DNA of 64,000 nucleotides from an uncultured virus (IMG/VR IMGVR_UViG_2061766007_003336) (Duplodnaviria; Heunggongvirae; Uroviricota; Caudoviricetes). The notes beneath the pieces are model-generated. The model had not been told where the DNA came from and made no database searches. It saw only the letters and a list, made by a program, of their open reading frames with translations. This document shows, one piece after another, positions 1 through 9,843 of the stretch; within the stretch, counting starts at the first letter, position 1; every line of letters begins with the position of its first letter. Where the stretch lies: IMG/VR virus record IMGVR_UViG_2061766007_003336, one strand, 5' to 3'. The position numbers and the translations under genes were made by a program.

Positions 1-114
1 CAGACGGTTCTCGATGCAATGGCAGCTGCAGAAGAAAAGTACCAGAAGGAGAAGGAAGAGCGGGAGCACTGGCAATACCTGGAGCTACAGAAAAAGTACG
101 GAGGCAAACAATGA
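1..114 (+). CDS. 3' end of a hypothetical protein (truncated by window edge)
   Basis: Open frame 1 from base 1 to TGA 112-114 (...EHWQYLELQKKYGGKQ*); stop overlaps the next ATG (ATGA coupling). Confidence 0.7.
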   Translation, partial: QTVLDAMAAAEEKYQKEKEEREHWQYLELQKKYGGKQ

Positions 115-749
115 CGAAGAAAAGACTAGACAGGCAAAAGCTTGCTAAAACACGGTCGGCGTTCCTGACCCGATTCCTGGAAGCCGACGACGCTAAGCAG
201 TACCTTTTGTTCAGCAGATTTATACAGACGTTGTTTATACCTGAAGGCGGGTGGTTCGCGGATACAGGCAGTTTTAAAAACGTCAACGCTACCCTGCTGT
301 CACGTATTATGGAGAAAGTGAACAGACATCCGTGGCTGTGGCAGAAACTGTTCATGGTCGAACCTGACGGGTGTTGCCAGCACAAAAACCAGGACCATGA
401 TCTGAAAGAGGACACAAACTTTACTCCTGATGCCGGGAAGACCAAGGAGGAGGCAGAGCAGATCCGGGAGGAACTTGACAAATCACTCAAAAGTGTAACA
501 GGCGGTACCGGTGGAGCCAAGTCGCTCTACCAGATCAAAACCATAAAGCTGCACGAGTTCCTGAGAGGGCTGCGGACTATCGGGGAGGCACTGAATATGT
601 CAGCTGCGCAGCTTATAGAGCTGGAAGCGGCGATGCTGACATATATCGGGCGTCACTTTCCGGATAACGCCATAAATATTGGAGTAGCGGATAAAGACGT
701 TCCCGAATGGTATCAACGCATGCTGGATAACCTGATGAGAAACGAGTAA
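111..749 (+). CDS. hypothetical phage protein, 212 aa
   Basis: ORF with GGAGG SD; coupled to upstream stop. Confidence 0.8.
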   Translation: MTKKRLDRQKLAKTRSAFLTRFLEADDAKQYLLFSRFIQTLFIPEGGWFADTGSFKNVNATLLSRIMEKVNRHPWLWQKLFMVEPDGCCQHKNQDHDLKEDTNFTPDAGKTKEEAEQIREELDKSLKSVTGGTGGAKSLYQIKTIKLHEFLRGLRTIGEALNMSAAQLIELEAAMLTYIGRHFPDNAINIGVADKDVPEWYQRMLDNLMRNE

Positions 750-828
750 TGGTATTCAAAAACACTAGTGTCTATCGCGCAGATAGCGGAGGACAAAGCA
801 TATTATATAGTTAGTCAAGGAGGAAAAA

Positions 829-1431
829 ATGGAAATAATTGATAAAATCAGTTTGAGACCTGCTGTGGTCGAAAAGGATCAGGATGAAATTTATCTTTTT
901 CTCTCTGATCGGAATGAGATCATCTTACACGACTGTAACAGCGATGAGTGCCTGTTAAGTCCGACAATGCGGAGTGTACCGCTCTGGGTAGGTACCGCTC
1001 AGGGGCCTAACTCATCACTGACGGCATGGATGTATGACGAACACACGCCGGAAAGCTGTCGTATAGCAGGACTGTCGCAGGATTCTGTTAACAGAGTATT
1101 CAAAGACATCGAAAGGGGAATACTGATAGTAAAATACCTTACGGATATCCGGGCGATCGGACAGATATCAAGACTTGTGCTGGATTCAGATGTAACATAC
1201 ATTGACACAACACGGGTAAGAATAGTAACTTCCGTCTGGAAGGACATAAAGCAGAACCTGACGTATGACGCAGCACTTGCCAAAGAACGTGTCGATAAGC
1301 ACAGGAAGGCTAGGATGGAGCAGATAGACAAAGACCTGGCATACTACCGGACTGCGATTAACAAATGTCTTGAAGAAAAGAAACAATTACAGGAGGCCTG
1401 TGAGAAGGTGGAGGGGTTCAATGAAGATTAA
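829..1431 (+). CDS. hypothetical protein with C-terminal coiled coil
   Basis: AGGAGG SD before ATG; 200 aa ORF. Confidence 0.8.
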   Translation: MEIIDKISLRPAVVEKDQDEIYLFLSDRNEIILHDCNSDECLLSPTMRSVPLWVGTAQGPNSSLTAWMYDEHTPESCRIAGLSQDSVNRVFKDIERGILIVKYLTDIRAIGQISRLVLDSDVTYIDTTRVRIVTSVWKDIKQNLTYDAALAKERVDKHRKARMEQIDKDLAYYRTAINKCLEEKKQLQEACEKVEGFNED

Positions 1432-1708
1432 ATCTATGAATGATCGCGTGTTTGTTACCCTGTCAAGTGTCAGACCTTGTCCTAATGACTGCGGCTATCT
1501 TCTCGGAGAAGTGGCTGCATGCCCGAAGCGGAATCTTATTGATATTCTGATCGGAACTCAGGGAATAGAAGTCGGTGACACAGTCATATTTGGAAGGTTA
1601 TGCGGATCGCGTATTGATTTGGAGGACGAAGCATATTATATAGTCCACTCCAAAGACATTACGGGAGTAGTCAAGGAGGCACATAATGAGAGTAAAAATG
1701 AAAAGTGA
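1421..1708 (+). CDS. groES: GroES/Cpn10-like co-chaperonin
   Basis: MKIKSMNDRVFV...GEVAA...IEVGDTVIFGRLCGSRIDLEDEAYYIVHSKDITGVV matches the Cpn10 pattern (P/SxxDRV, vkvGDxVlf, GxxvxxxGeeyxixxexDIlavv); start moved to ATG 1421 after GGAGG. Confidence 0.8.
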   Translation: MKIKSMNDRVFVTLSSVRPCPNDCGYLLGEVAACPKRNLIDILIGTQGIEVGDTVIFGRLCGSRIDLEDEAYYIVHSKDITGVVKEAHNESKNEK

Positions 1709-2195
1709 AAAGGCTGCACGCGAGTGGATGCAGTCAAGGATCAACGACTTTCCGAAGATGTTTCCGGTAGGCGGGATCTATTTTGCAACTGATATGGGGT
1801 TTACCGTATATTTTGACGACATCAGGCTGACATACCGTCTCGACTGGGGTTCACAGATTATCCAGGCGTTCGCATTGCCTGTGATTCGTGAAAACAGGTC
1901 TGTCAGACCGATTGAAAAGTATGAAAGCTTTCAAATGTGCTGCAACCAGCTGTCGGTCCTGAAAAACAGCGGCGAAGTTCTTGACGACACGCTGCTGGAA
2001 GATACGGAAAACCACAAACTGCACGATCAGATATCGCTTCAGGAAATACTGATCCAGCTGCGCATGTGGCTGGACCTCGGCCGCAAGGTTCTAAGCCAGC
2101 TTCCTGACGATGACCAGAAACAAGCAGCTGAGACTGCGTTAAGGAATGCCGGTGTTATGATGGGATTGTCGGAGGAGAAAGAGATAAACTGGTAG
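1686..2195 (+). CDS. hypothetical protein
   Basis: AGGAGG SD; 169 aa ORF in operon. Confidence 0.75.
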   Translation: MRVKMKSEKAAREWMQSRINDFPKMFPVGGIYFATDMGFTVYFDDIRLTYRLDWGSQIIQAFALPVIRENRSVRPIEKYESFQMCCNQLSVLKNSGEVLDDTLLEDTENHKLHDQISLQEILIQLRMWLDLGRKVLSQLPDDDQKQAAETALRNAGVMMGLSEEKEINW

Positions 2196-2231
2196 ATCTC
2201 TTTGATGATTAACGAAAAGGAGGAAAAGATT

Positions 2232-2624
2232 ATGGCTAAAGAACCTACTGCGATACGAATTAAGTTCAGTGATTTTTTGTATAGCAGTAAACCGTCCAAA
2301 GCTCTCAGGCTTACTGAAGATATGAAGGCGAAGTGTCCTTCTTTAAAAGAGTACAACGAACTCTTTATGAGCAGAGAGTTGATGAACTGGTGGGACGCTG
2401 ACCGTTATGCTTATGACAACTTCGCTCAGCTTCCTAATAGGGAGGAACTTAAAGACATTCATAAACTGTTTGATACTGCGATACTCTACGAGTTCCGGTG
2501 CTGGTGGACTAGGGAGGTATATGAGAAACACTCCCGCTTTGCCTATTGCTTTTATCCGGAAAACTACGTGTGTTCCAGTGCCGAAAAGGCTTACGGACAT
2601 GCGGTATTTTGTTTAAGGAGGTAA
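2232..2624 (+). CDS. hypothetical protein
   Basis: AGGAGG SD before ATG 2232 (MAKEPT...). Confidence 0.75.
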   Translation: MAKEPTAIRIKFSDFLYSSKPSKALRLTEDMKAKCPSLKEYNELFMSRELMNWWDADRYAYDNFAQLPNREELKDIHKLFDTAILYEFRCWWTREVYEKHSRFAYCFYPENYVCSSAEKAYGHAVFCLRR

Positions 2625-2625
2625 A

Positions 2626-2823
2626 ATGGTTACCGTAAGTTACATATGCTGCGCCAAGGAAATCTCTACCGAAGGGCCTATATGCACGGAAAAGGGTCAG
2701 AAGATTACTATTAAAGGCATAAAGTATACCGTCGAAGACGTTAAAGAGCGTAGAGTTCCGTGGGGATACCACTTTAACATCTTTTTGGAAGACCCCGATG
2801 AAAAGTACCGGCGTTTGCATTAA
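2626..2823 (+). CDS. small hypothetical protein
   Basis: AGGAGGT SD; 65 aa. Confidence 0.7.
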   Translation: MVTVSYICCAKEISTEGPICTEKGQKITIKGIKYTVEDVKERRVPWGYHFNIFLEDPDEKYRRLH

Positions 2824-2871
2824 AAAAGATTTACAAACAGTTAACTCAAAAATTACTGAAAGGAGGAGAAT

Positions 2872-3468
2872 ATGAAATGCACTAGAAAGTATGAAAAAAT
2901 TCTCGGGTACACTCTCGAGAATCAGGTTATCAAGCTTACCGTTGTAGACGGTGATCTCAGACTGACCATTGTTGCAGATGACGGCCGCTACGATCTTGTA
3001 GAGGACGAGGATTCGAATCCATGGAGCAACGAGATTAAATTCAGTCAGCTTCGGATGCGTATGCCGCACGGAGGGACCGAAGAAGACCAGGAAGGGTATT
3101 TTCTTGCAGGCTTGAGCAGGGAAACGCGCACAAAATTTATCCAGAGCGTAAAGCACTGCAGGTACATGCTGAACGGGGCTTACCGTATCAGCGACAACTG
3201 CGACGACTGTGACTATCTTCCTGGCCCTGTATGCAAGCTCTGGAAGGAACAGCTTGCTCCCGATACGGGCAGACTCATCCGTGAAATGCTCGACTATTTC
3301 GAAAAGTTCATTTCAGAGCACCTTGACAGAGGAGCAGCCCAGAGCTACTGCAATCTGGACCAGGAACTCTATAAAAAAGAACAGGCGGTAGCTAAAATGA
3401 AGGCAAAGAAAGAAGCAGCGTGTGCTGCTGCCGAGCCTGGGAAAAAGACACAGAAGGTTAAAAACTAG
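2872..3468 (+). CDS. hypothetical protein with Cys cluster (CDDC...C)
   Basis: AGGAGG SD; 198 aa; followed by terminator. Confidence 0.8.
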   Translation: MKCTRKYEKILGYTLENQVIKLTVVDGDLRLTIVADDGRYDLVEDEDSNPWSNEIKFSQLRMRMPHGGTEEDQEGYFLAGLSRETRTKFIQSVKHCRYMLNGAYRISDNCDDCDYLPGPVCKLWKEQLAPDTGRLIREMLDYFEKFISEHLDRGAAQSYCNLDQELYKKEQAVAKMKAKKEAACAAAEPGKKTQKVKN

Positions 3469-3490
3469 GGCCCTTAGGGGCCCTTTATTT
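3467..3490 (+). terminator. intrinsic terminator
   Basis: AGGGCCC-TTAG-GGGCCCT hairpin followed by TTATTT. Confidence 0.7.
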
Positions 3491-3504
3491 ATGAGGAGGT
3501 AAAG

Positions 3505-3888
3505 ATGAATACTAACACTATGGAAGTAGAACCTTCAGCGTATACGTGTATGCTGTTGATCTTTTGTCAAATGGTTCTTTCTGGTAAACCTATCATAGAT
3601 AGGACTAAGATAGTTCCGTGGCTGTGGAAATGCAGAGAAGACCCCGAGTTGAGACCGATGTTCGTGGATATATGCTTTCAGAACCATTGGGATTATCTCG
3701 ACTCTCAGGACATAAATGATGCGCTACTGAAGCTTTACACTTATGGAGGTATTATTCACCCAAGTATGAGTGACACTCTTATCTTGAATTTCTCAAAGGA
3801 ACAAGCGGAAGAAATTCTTAACGGGGATGATGTCTCCTCAGAGTGGCGAAGAATGGTCTGCGGTATTGTTGACAAATATCCTGGTTAG
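3505..3888 (+). CDS. hypothetical protein
   Basis: GAGGAGGT SD; 127 aa. Confidence 0.75.
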   Translation: MNTNTMEVEPSAYTCMLLIFCQMVLSGKPIIDRTKIVPWLWKCREDPELRPMFVDICFQNHWDYLDSQDINDALLKLYTYGGIIHPSMSDTLILNFSKEQAEEILNGDDVSSEWRRMVCGIVDKYPG

Positions 3889-3921
3889 AATAACGTCAGG
3901 GGGTTTTATCGTTTTTATTTA

Positions 3922-4344
3922 ATGGAGGAGATTATGACTATGACACCTTGGGAAGTTATTAAAACTAATCTGCCTAAAGTAGACTTTAACGCTTATCACG
4001 AAATTATGCAGTCAGTACGCGAAATCCTAACAAAATATGCTAAAGTTCTTATTCCAAATTCTTTTCCCTTCTGTACCCCGGTACTCAAATCTATAAAAAG
4101 AATTACTGGTCAGAATATGGAGTGTGAGGTTGTTTTTGTTATGGACACTCTTCAGCCAATCGAGTACGCGGTAGATATACATATCCCAATCATTTATCTT
4201 ACGGACGAGGACGCTTTGAAACTCGCTGCCGTCAAGCAGAAAGAAGCAGAGCGTATGCCTCGTACCGAGGTAGACAGAATGAAAGAAACGGATGAATATA
4301 AGGAGTACCGCCGTCTCAAAGAAAAATACCAATGGTTTGACTAA
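3922..4344 (+). CDS. hypothetical protein (paralog of 4520-4852)
   Basis: MTPWEVIKTNLPKVDFNAYHEIMQSVREIL aligns with MTEFEILRQELPKIDMMAYSEARESIQRIL; true start may be a few codons downstream. Confidence 0.75.
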   Translation: MEEIMTMTPWEVIKTNLPKVDFNAYHEIMQSVREILTKYAKVLIPNSFPFCTPVLKSIKRITGQNMECEVVFVMDTLQPIEYAVDIHIPIIYLTDEDALKLAAVKQKEAERMPRTEVDRMKETDEYKEYRRLKEKYQWFD

Positions 4345-4542
4345 TACGAGTCCGTACGGCAGTTAGCTGATATAAACCAGAAACAAGCTGAGACCAAACC
4401 CAGACTTGATACATATACTGTTAAAAACACAGTTGAATATCAGGAGTGTCTTCGTCTTAAGGGAAAGTTTAAGTTGAAACGCAAATATGAGTCTGATTCT
4501 AAGTTTGTAGGAGAGCAAGATGACAGAATTCGAAATACTTAG
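4345..4542 (+). pseudogene. start-less diverged duplicate of the C-terminus of 3922-4344, in frame after its TAA
   Basis: Translates LADINQKQAETKPRLDTYTVKNTVEYQECLRLKGKF vs LAAVKQKEAERMPRTEVDRMKETDEYKEYRRLKEKY. Confidence 0.55.
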
Positions 4543-4852
4543 GCAGGAGCTGCCGAAAATTGATATGATGGCTTATTCAGAAGCCAGGGAGTCTATCCAG
4601 AGAATCCTAAGGCAGTACCGCAGGTTCTTTCTCGGCAAACGTAGCCACCAGGGGATTCTGTTCATAGACAGTATTAACCTTATTCACGATGAATATATCG
4701 AAGTATTCGTGAGCTACTACGGGTCGGACGGCAACGTGCAGTCTACTGAACTGGTAACGTTAGACCGTAAGTTGATTACGGACGAAGAAAGTTTAAAAAC
4801 AGCAGTTAATGAAATGGAGGGGCTTGATGGGACCAGGGATTTACGGCAATGA
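4520..4852 (+). CDS. hypothetical protein (paralog of 3922-4344)
   Basis: AGGAG SD; visible similarity to upstream gene. Confidence 0.75.
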   Translation: MTEFEILRQELPKIDMMAYSEARESIQRILRQYRRFFLGKRSHQGILFIDSINLIHDEYIEVFVSYYGSDGNVQSTELVTLDRKLITDEESLKTAVNEMEGLDGTRDLRQ

Positions 4853-5120
4853 GCCTGTAGAAGTAGATTGCGGTATGGACCGCAACGAAGTAGACGGCCA
4901 TACGGCGTACTTCACAGACGGCTATAGTGACGGGTACGGTGCAGGTTATGACGCGGCAGACAGAGAGGAGGCGTCTAATCCTGAGTGTCCCGATAAAACG
5001 GCTGCCGGGGAATATAAAAAAGGCTGGACAAAAGGCTATAAGGAAGGCTACAGGGACCGGCTGGATGCGGTAGTCGTTCCTATGTCAGACGATGAAGATG
5101 AAGATATGTTTGGAATTTAA
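4827..5120 (+). CDS. hypothetical protein with GY-rich repeats
   Basis: DGYSDGYGAGY and KGWTKGYKEGY motifs; GGAGG before ATG 4827. Confidence 0.7.
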   Translation: MGPGIYGNEPVEVDCGMDRNEVDGHTAYFTDGYSDGYGAGYDAADREEASNPECPDKTAAGEYKKGWTKGYKEGYRDRLDAVVVPMSDDEDEDMFGI

Positions 5121-5130
5121 GGAGGAAAAA

Positions 5131-5346
5131 ATGGATGATTCTACTAGAGTCAAAATAGCGCTTGCATTTATTACGTTATTTGCTTTCACATCAATGCTGT
5201 TCTTTGCGTTTGGAGTATCCCGAGGCACAGAAGTAACAGAAAAAGAGTGCGGGCAGAAGCTTGCTGCTCCTCATAAGATCGAAGTCGTGATAACTGACAA
5301 AACCTGCTCCTGCACGGGAACCAAAACGGAGACTGGGAATGAGTGA
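5131..5346 (+). CDS. small membrane protein
   Basis: AGGAGG SD; hydrophobic segment IALAFITLFAFTSMLFFAFGV. Confidence 0.7.
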   Translation: MDDSTRVKIALAFITLFAFTSMLFFAFGVSRGTEVTEKECGQKLAAPHKIEVVITDKTCSCTGTKTETGNE

Positions 5347-5656
5347 CCAGAAACTTGTACGACTGAATGAAAAATATCACCAGAATATAGTGGAGGATGG
5401 AATGCAATTACAAATCAATCTTGATATTGAGGGTTATGAGCATCTTAAGAATATCTCTCATTATAACTACAATTTTTATAAGCTTAAGTTTGCCCCTTAT
5501 TCCTGCTGGACCGACAATAACGACATTCTTCTTGAGGAATGCCATGAAGAGGAGAATTACTTTTCACTTGCACTAGGTCATTTTAATGAGCAGGGAAAAT
5601 TTACCGAAATGATAATATGGGAGGCAGATAACGGAATTGAATCTCCTGTCCACTAA
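5339..5656 (+). CDS. hypothetical protein
   Basis: ORF overlapping the upstream stop. Confidence 0.65.
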   Translation: MSDQKLVRLNEKYHQNIVEDGMQLQINLDIEGYEHLKNISHYNYNFYKLKFAPYSCWTDNNDILLEECHEEENYFSLALGHFNEQGKFTEMIIWEADNGIESPVH

Positions 5657-5676
5657 AGAAAGTAAAGGAGGAAGGA

Positions 5677-6213
5677 ATGGATTATCGTTTTTATATTTCC
5701 GGCGCGACCAATAATGTCGAACGTGCTATAGTCAGAAAAGAGCTGGAACGTGTGGTAAACAAAGATGACAGCATTACTATTACCTGGTCGGAGTGCTATG
5801 CACCTGCAAAAACACTTCACCCTAAAGTATATGAGATCGCAAAACTCACAGAGCTCTTATCATCTGTGAATTATGTAATTGTAAACTGTGACAGAGATAT
5901 TACAAAAGCTGAATCGGCTGAAAGGAAACTCATAGAATATCTGGAGAAGTTTTTTGAACTGCCTGTCTTAGCTTATAAAGACGGAGCATTGCGGTCTTAC
6001 GACAACCTCAGCGGTGTTGTATTGTGGCTTTCAGCACCCAAAGCACAAGATAGAGTTTTTGAACTTGATAAAGATACCGCAGACGGCCTTGTAAGCAGAT
6101 ACGGGGATAATATGCGCGACGCTACGGAAATGTCGAGGGCTCGTTCAGAAGAATTAAAACAACTTGAAGAAGGAGAACAAAATGGAAAGAAACAGTCTGA
6201 CACAGCTGGTTAA
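5677..6213 (+). CDS. hypothetical protein (possibly a degenerate nucleoside deoxyribosyltransferase-like fold)
   Basis: AGGAGG SD; N-terminal FYISGA and ESAERKLIEYL patterns are only weakly reminiscent. Confidence 0.65.
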   Translation: MDYRFYISGATNNVERAIVRKELERVVNKDDSITITWSECYAPAKTLHPKVYEIAKLTELLSSVNYVIVNCDRDITKAESAERKLIEYLEKFFELPVLAYKDGALRSYDNLSGVVLWLSAPKAQDRVFELDKDTADGLVSRYGDNMRDATEMSRARSEELKQLEEGEQNGKKQSDTAG

Positions 6214-7132
6214 AGAAATCGAGGAAGCTTACTGGGACGCCTCTATTGAGGTCGGTCAGGCCAGGGAATCGGAATGCACGGACATTGCAGAAAGCGCACT
6301 CATGGGTGACGACGACGCGTCTCACGCTATGAGCCGTCTCGACGACAGGATCGAAGATCTGAAGCGTATGGTCAGCGCACCTGATTTTGCGGATGCCAAA
6401 GATTTCGAGCCGAAAAAGGCCTACCTAGAGATAACGGATCCGCTCGAAGACTTCGTGGATGTTCTTGCGGATCAGCTCGGAGCTGAGGCTCCCGGAGACG
6501 GCCTTACCAGAGATCAGGAGAAGACCGTAACTGAGTATTCCGACTATATGGGCACCCTGCGCAGAGACATTGCGGTCAATCTTCGAAACATGATCGCATC
6601 ATGCGTAAGACGTGCTGTAAGGGAATACGAATCATCACTCGTCTCGAAGGCGGAAGCGGAGAGCTTCACGGCAGCCCTGATCGATATGACAGACACAGGC
6701 ACGGCACCGAAATGCCCATGGCCGCGTCTTTTTGAGGCGGTCCAGCTTACAGCTGAGGTGCTGACTTATCTCACGGAAAAATGCGGATACCTGATCCTGA
6801 GGCAATGTGAAGACGACAGTTCCGACTTTGACTACTGGGTAAACGTATTCTATTCCATCCGGAAACCGGATCCAGGGGAGCCGGAAGAGGCCCATCTGTA
6901 TATGTATCAGACTAAGGATTTCACACTGACAAACAAGTGGTGTGAAAACGGAGACGAACAGTATATCAGCGTGAAGGAAATGGCGGTCCACCGCTGTGAT
7001 GAAACCGACTTCGGTCTCATTCTTCGCAGGATAATCTGTATGCCGTCGTACGAGACTGATGTTCCGGAAGAACTCAAAAAGAGAGTTACGGATGTTCTGG
7101 CAGGCATCCCCGATGATTATGTCTGCAAGTAG
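6182..7132 (+). CDS. acidic hypothetical protein
   Basis: AGGAG SD before ATG 6182; long ORF. Confidence 0.8.
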   Translation: MERNSLTQLVKEIEEAYWDASIEVGQARESECTDIAESALMGDDDASHAMSRLDDRIEDLKRMVSAPDFADAKDFEPKKAYLEITDPLEDFVDVLADQLGAEAPGDGLTRDQEKTVTEYSDYMGTLRRDIAVNLRNMIASCVRRAVREYESSLVSKAEAESFTAALIDMTDTGTAPKCPWPRLFEAVQLTAEVLTYLTEKCGYLILRQCEDDSSDFDYWVNVFYSIRKPDPGEPEEAHLYMYQTKDFTLTNKWCENGDEQYISVKEMAVHRCDETDFGLILRRIICMPSYETDVPEELKKRVTDVLAGIPDDYVCK

Positions 7133-7142
7133 GGAGGAAAAA

Positions 7143-7577
7143 ATGAGTAATCTGAGAGACAGCTGGAACGATGTCAAGGCCTCGCTTAAAGGTGTCCTGA
7201 CGCTTCTGAAACAGAATGACCCTGAAGGGTATAAGGAAGCGGTCAGGGAGGTAAGAACTCTCGGGGCGGACCTGCTCAGGGACATCGAGGGATTGAACGA
7301 CTACGACGTTAAGGTCTACGCCTCGGGCATTTTTGATGACAAGCACGTGGTGTTCAAGTCAGTCCCGGGGAGGAATCCCGATGACATCCTCTGGGATACC
7401 ATTCCGATTTACCACGAGAGTAAACCCGCTCCGTTCTTCAAGTGGATGTGGGAGCACAACGCCCGCTTCACATCGAAAGGCGAATTAGTTTTTACTCCTT
7501 ATCCTGAGGAGATTGAAAAGGTTAAAAAGAAAATGGCCAGACTGGCCAAAGAACCATCGTACACGGCGCTGCCGTAG
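7143..7577 (+). CDS. hypothetical protein
   Basis: GGAGG SD before ATG 7143 (MSNLRD...). Confidence 0.75.
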   Translation: MSNLRDSWNDVKASLKGVLTLLKQNDPEGYKEAVREVRTLGADLLRDIEGLNDYDVKVYASGIFDDKHVVFKSVPGRNPDDILWDTIPIYHESKPAPFFKWMWEHNARFTSKGELVFTPYPEEIEKVKKKMARLAKEPSYTALP

Positions 7578-7587
7578 GAGGATGAAA

Positions 7588-7785
7588 ATGCTGAAGTTTA
7601 AACAGTTCTGTATCGAAAACGGCCTCGGCCCCAAAGACTACGAGGCTTACTGCTATTATCTTGACGGATGTAAGGACGGGTTCGCCGAATCACAGGGAAA
7701 AGGGTTTGCGTACGACGCATTCTGCGAGGAGTGTGAAGACTACAAAAAGGAGGCAAAGGAAGAATGGGACACATCGGGTCACTAG
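7588..7785 (+). CDS. small hypothetical protein
   Basis: AGGAGG SD; MLKFKQFCIENG... Confidence 0.65.
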   Translation: MLKFKQFCIENGLGPKDYEAYCYYLDGCKDGFAESQGKGFAYDAFCEECEDYKKEAKEEWDTSGH

Positions 7786-8141
7786 CCGCGGATCTTGAAA
7801 AATGCCCGTTCTGCGGCAACAAAAGAGGTTTGATACTACGATTGAACAAACGGCGGGAATGGGTCATTGCGTGCCCAGACTGTCTTACGGTCATGGTCGA
7901 GCCTTTAGGGCTGCCCCCTAAATTCATCGAGGATCAGCTCATCACGTTCGAGTACTTTCACGCGCACGCTGCTGACATAATGCGCAGCAACTTCATCGGC
8001 CACCCCGAAAGAGCCTTGCTGACGGTACCTGATATCGATCCGCCCGGAGAACAATTTGAAAAGCTGATCGAGGCGGCTAAAAACCGTCTTATAAAAAAAT
8101 GGAACAACAGGTGTATGGAGGATAAACATGGAAATAAATAA
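7764..8141 (+). CDS. Lar-like (restriction alleviation family) Zn-finger protein
   Basis: LEKCPFCG...IACPDC...KKWNNR signature. Confidence 0.7.
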   Translation: MGHIGSLAADLEKCPFCGNKRGLILRLNKRREWVIACPDCLTVMVEPLGLPPKFIEDQLITFEYFHAHAADIMRSNFIGHPERALLTVPDIDPPGEQFEKLIEAAKNRLIKKWNNRCMEDKHGNK

Positions 8142-8766
8142 AACCACTGGTTATGCAACCGACGAAACTACGGGTAAACAAGAGTTGTACAGCGTTGTGT
8201 TTCCGATTGCGTACGACCGAAGATACGGCAGAATCTCTATCGAGTTTTCAGGACTGAGGGACACGACCTGCGCCTCGGTCAATATCCGTCTTGAGCGCGG
8301 GGGCTCGCCGTGGCGGTGGTGGGATCATATGAAAGATATAGAACCATCATTCCCTGAAGGGTGGAAAGATCCAGGGCTGCTCGTCTGGGCCGGTCTTACC
8401 GAGGAGGATCAGGCACTTGTTATGGAACTTCTCGAAGACGCTGACCACGTTATCAGTGAACTCGGCCATAGTGTAGGCAATATGTATAATTTCATAAACA
8501 CAACTACGTTCGGCAGCAAACTCTATCAGCATGGAGGAGCGCCGGTCGTCGATAAAAACGTAGTCTTCGGTATTCGGTCGGCAGGAAAAGAGTTTACCAT
8601 GCAGGTAATAGCGTATCTTGAAAAAATATTTAAGAGGTCTGACAGAAGAAGGGCAAACCGCGTCGTGAACGCCATGACGAAAATACTGGAAGACCGAAGA
8701 AAACAGAAGATCGCGGAACTTGAGAAGCAGATTGAACAGCTTAAAAACGGAATAGAGGAGGATTAA
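8128..8766 (+). CDS. hypothetical protein with C-terminal coiled coil
   Basis: GGAGG SD; 212 aa. Confidence 0.8.
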   Translation: MEINKTTGYATDETTGKQELYSVVFPIAYDRRYGRISIEFSGLRDTTCASVNIRLERGGSPWRWWDHMKDIEPSFPEGWKDPGLLVWAGLTEEDQALVMELLEDADHVISELGHSVGNMYNFINTTTFGSKLYQHGGAPVVDKNVVFGIRSAGKEFTMQVIAYLEKIFKRSDRRRANRVVNAMTKILEDRRKQKIAELEKQIEQLKNGIEED

Positions 8767-9069
8767 ATGATACTTGGATCCGGAACAGTCAGTTACACGT
8801 TAAATGATCCTGACAAGACCGAGCTTATGACCGAGACGCTTTGCGAAAACACGCGGGTACCGTGTAAAGGCGAAAGAGTCGTAGTCCGCACTTACGGCGG
8901 CGACTATCCCAGACTCGAATACAGAGTTGCTGATGTAGTAAATTTCATCGACGTCTACAAAGGCGATGATATCGCCAGGCACCGTTATCAGGTTGTTCTG
9001 GAAAACGTTACACGGCCGGAAAACGAAAAGCCGGCAGGATCGGTAAGTACTGATTACTGGAGCAGATAA
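8767..9069 (+). CDS. hypothetical protein
   Basis: GAGGAGG SD, abuts upstream stop. Confidence 0.7.
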   Translation: MILGSGTVSYTLNDPDKTELMTETLCENTRVPCKGERVVVRTYGGDYPRLEYRVADVVNFIDVYKGDDIARHRYQVVLENVTRPENEKPAGSVSTDYWSR

Positions 9070-9085
9070 CGAAACGGAGAAAAAA

Positions 9086-9337
9086 ATGGACGAAGAAAAA
9101 CGTTTTATCGAAGAAGCGCGGCGTATGCGGACATACGCCCAGAACACGGTGTCTCTGACTCAGGTAACAATCGAAGGGCTTGAGATGAAAAAGACCAGGG
9201 CCGGAGATGCCTTGAAAAAAGAGGCTTTGAACAACCAGATAATGCAGTGGAGACTTCTGTCGGACGGATACCAGAATCTGGCGGAATGTCTGTATGACGT
9301 CGTAAGAATTTATGAAAACATAAAGGAGGAAAAATGA
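9086..9337 (+). CDS. small helical hypothetical protein
   Basis: GGAG SD; coupled to the next gene. Confidence 0.7.
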   Translation: MDEEKRFIEEARRMRTYAQNTVSLTQVTIEGLEMKKTRAGDALKKEALNNQIMQWRLLSDGYQNLAECLYDVVRIYENIKEEK

Positions 9338-9843
9338 CAAAGTACAAAAAAGCACCTGAGAAGGTTGTTCCGCAGGTAACACATGACATACTGTTATCCT
9401 GGGCAGCATTTAAAAGAATGTTCCCGGGGATAGCGGCTGTTCTGATCTACGCAGACGGGTTTCTAAACACAAAGTTGGCTGAAGAACTTATCAGAACTGA
9501 ACTATGGCCGGACAACCCGTCACCAGACCCGGAATTTATCGAGTATATCAGGAAAGGCGGCGAGGTCTGTCAGTTCGGCGAAGCTGACTACTTTAAAACA
9601 CACGCTTTTCCCTGTGTCAGCAGATGGGTGGACGAAATGGTGAAACTCAACGGTATTACAGGTAAACCGCGCGTCAGATATGAGAATCTCGGACTGACCT
9701 GCCCGCAGCTTACCGTTATGTTTACGAAAGGGCTGACCGACCCTGAAATGTCGAAAGCCAGGGAGCTGGACACGACATATTGCGAGATGCGCGACCTGTC
9801 GCCGGAGCAGCAAATACTTGAGGAGGATAAAAATGAATACTAA
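9334..9843 (+). CDS. hypothetical protein
   Basis: AGGAGG SD; ATGA overlap. Confidence 0.75.
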   Translation: MTKYKKAPEKVVPQVTHDILLSWAAFKRMFPGIAAVLIYADGFLNTKLAEELIRTELWPDNPSPDPEFIEYIRKGGEVCQFGEADYFKTHAFPCVSRWVDEMVKLNGITGKPRVRYENLGLTCPQLTVMFTKGLTDPEMSKARELDTTYCEMRDLSPEQQILEEDKNEY

